Shown here: positions 19,701-20,000 of the stretch, piece by piece
Numbering within the stretch: position 1 is the stretch's first letter
Layout of the letters: each line of letters opens with the position of its first letter
Source: Raillietiella orientalis
Taxonomy: Eukaryota
Direction of reading: 5' to 3'
DNA length: 20,000 bases
Assembly (NCBI GenBank): GCA_036172245.1
Contig: JAYWIR010000062.1
Span: 612,627 to 632,626 of the forward strand
The notes under the pieces: model-generated
Seen by the model: the letters and a program-made list of their open reading frames with translations, nothing else
Databases searched by the model: none
Told to the model about the DNA's origin: nothing
Position numbers and translations under genes: made by a program

Positions 19701-20000
19701 GCATATGGCTTCGGACACGTCCTGATGCACTCTGGAGAGAACGTCCGACTTGGAGGACCTTTTGGAGAAATACGACAGGATCGCTTGCCCGTCGTCTTCC
19801 AGCCTCACGTTCTGAAACAGACCGTTGTGTTTTTCCTTTGCTGACGAGGATCCGCTCGCTTTTGCCGGGCGCTTCGGGAATTCGCGACCGTTCGAATCCG
19901 TTCGCTGTCGCGCAGCTCTCCGCACGCGCGCACGCATCACGATCTCGCAAGGAACGGGGATTTTCGACGCGCGCATGCGCACCTCATTATGATCGTGGCG
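16777..20000 (-). mobile_element. Decayed L1/Tx1-clade non-LTR retrotransposon, copy 5 (ORF2 linker, RT, zf-RVT, 3' region, A-rich tail); continues beyond the window
   Basis: Minus-strand motif relics in the expected ORF2 order: TDSNG..LF linker (~19900), KVAGPKERTAAF (~KxPGPDGxTAEF, 19620-19655), SHWR (~NWRP), AIATLSGRKTRVDRSGLLRAHFG (~SLDxEKAFDRVD..FG, 19210-19280), LRSLQGD (~RQGD, ~19150), EVLNILG (18921-18940), L*QRNLQVEAVSHVSLLRSVS*G (~FLW..VS..L..GGL, 18620-18695), FLLHRK (~17860). T-rich tract 16777-16797 reads as an A tail on minus. YADD not preserved. Confidence 0.7.

Noticed and set aside
19841..19900. Hammerhead ribozyme core (CTGACGA)
   Set aside because: There is no properly placed GAAA and stem II/III; the CTGATGA at ~5595 fails for the same reason.

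Overview
Eukaryotic nuclear DNA, probably from an invertebrate. An arthropod is suggested by a degenerate (TTAGG)n tract and by a nad5 NUMT that reads in the invertebrate mitochondrial code. The AT-rich centre (~8300-14270) holds an old ~1.4 kb mitochondrial nad5 pseudogene and one intact 6-exon host gene, the splicing factor YJU2B/CCDC130 (311 aa; four introns of 41-48 nt). Both GC-rich flanks consist of five co-oriented (minus-strand), decayed L1/Tx1-clade non-LTR retrotransposon copies, and the left flank also has three diverged copies of a tRNA-headed, hairpin-array SINE-like repeat. The main candidate for an undescribed system is the recurring architecture of the LINE copies. After ORF2 comes an antisense ORF encoding a second zf-RVT-type zinc-knuckle region, with synonymous divergence between copies. 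An intronless ~335-codon ORF resembling an EPTP/EAR-repeat beta-propeller follows, directly ahead of the A-rich tail. All family assignments come from motif recognition by eye; no searches were run.
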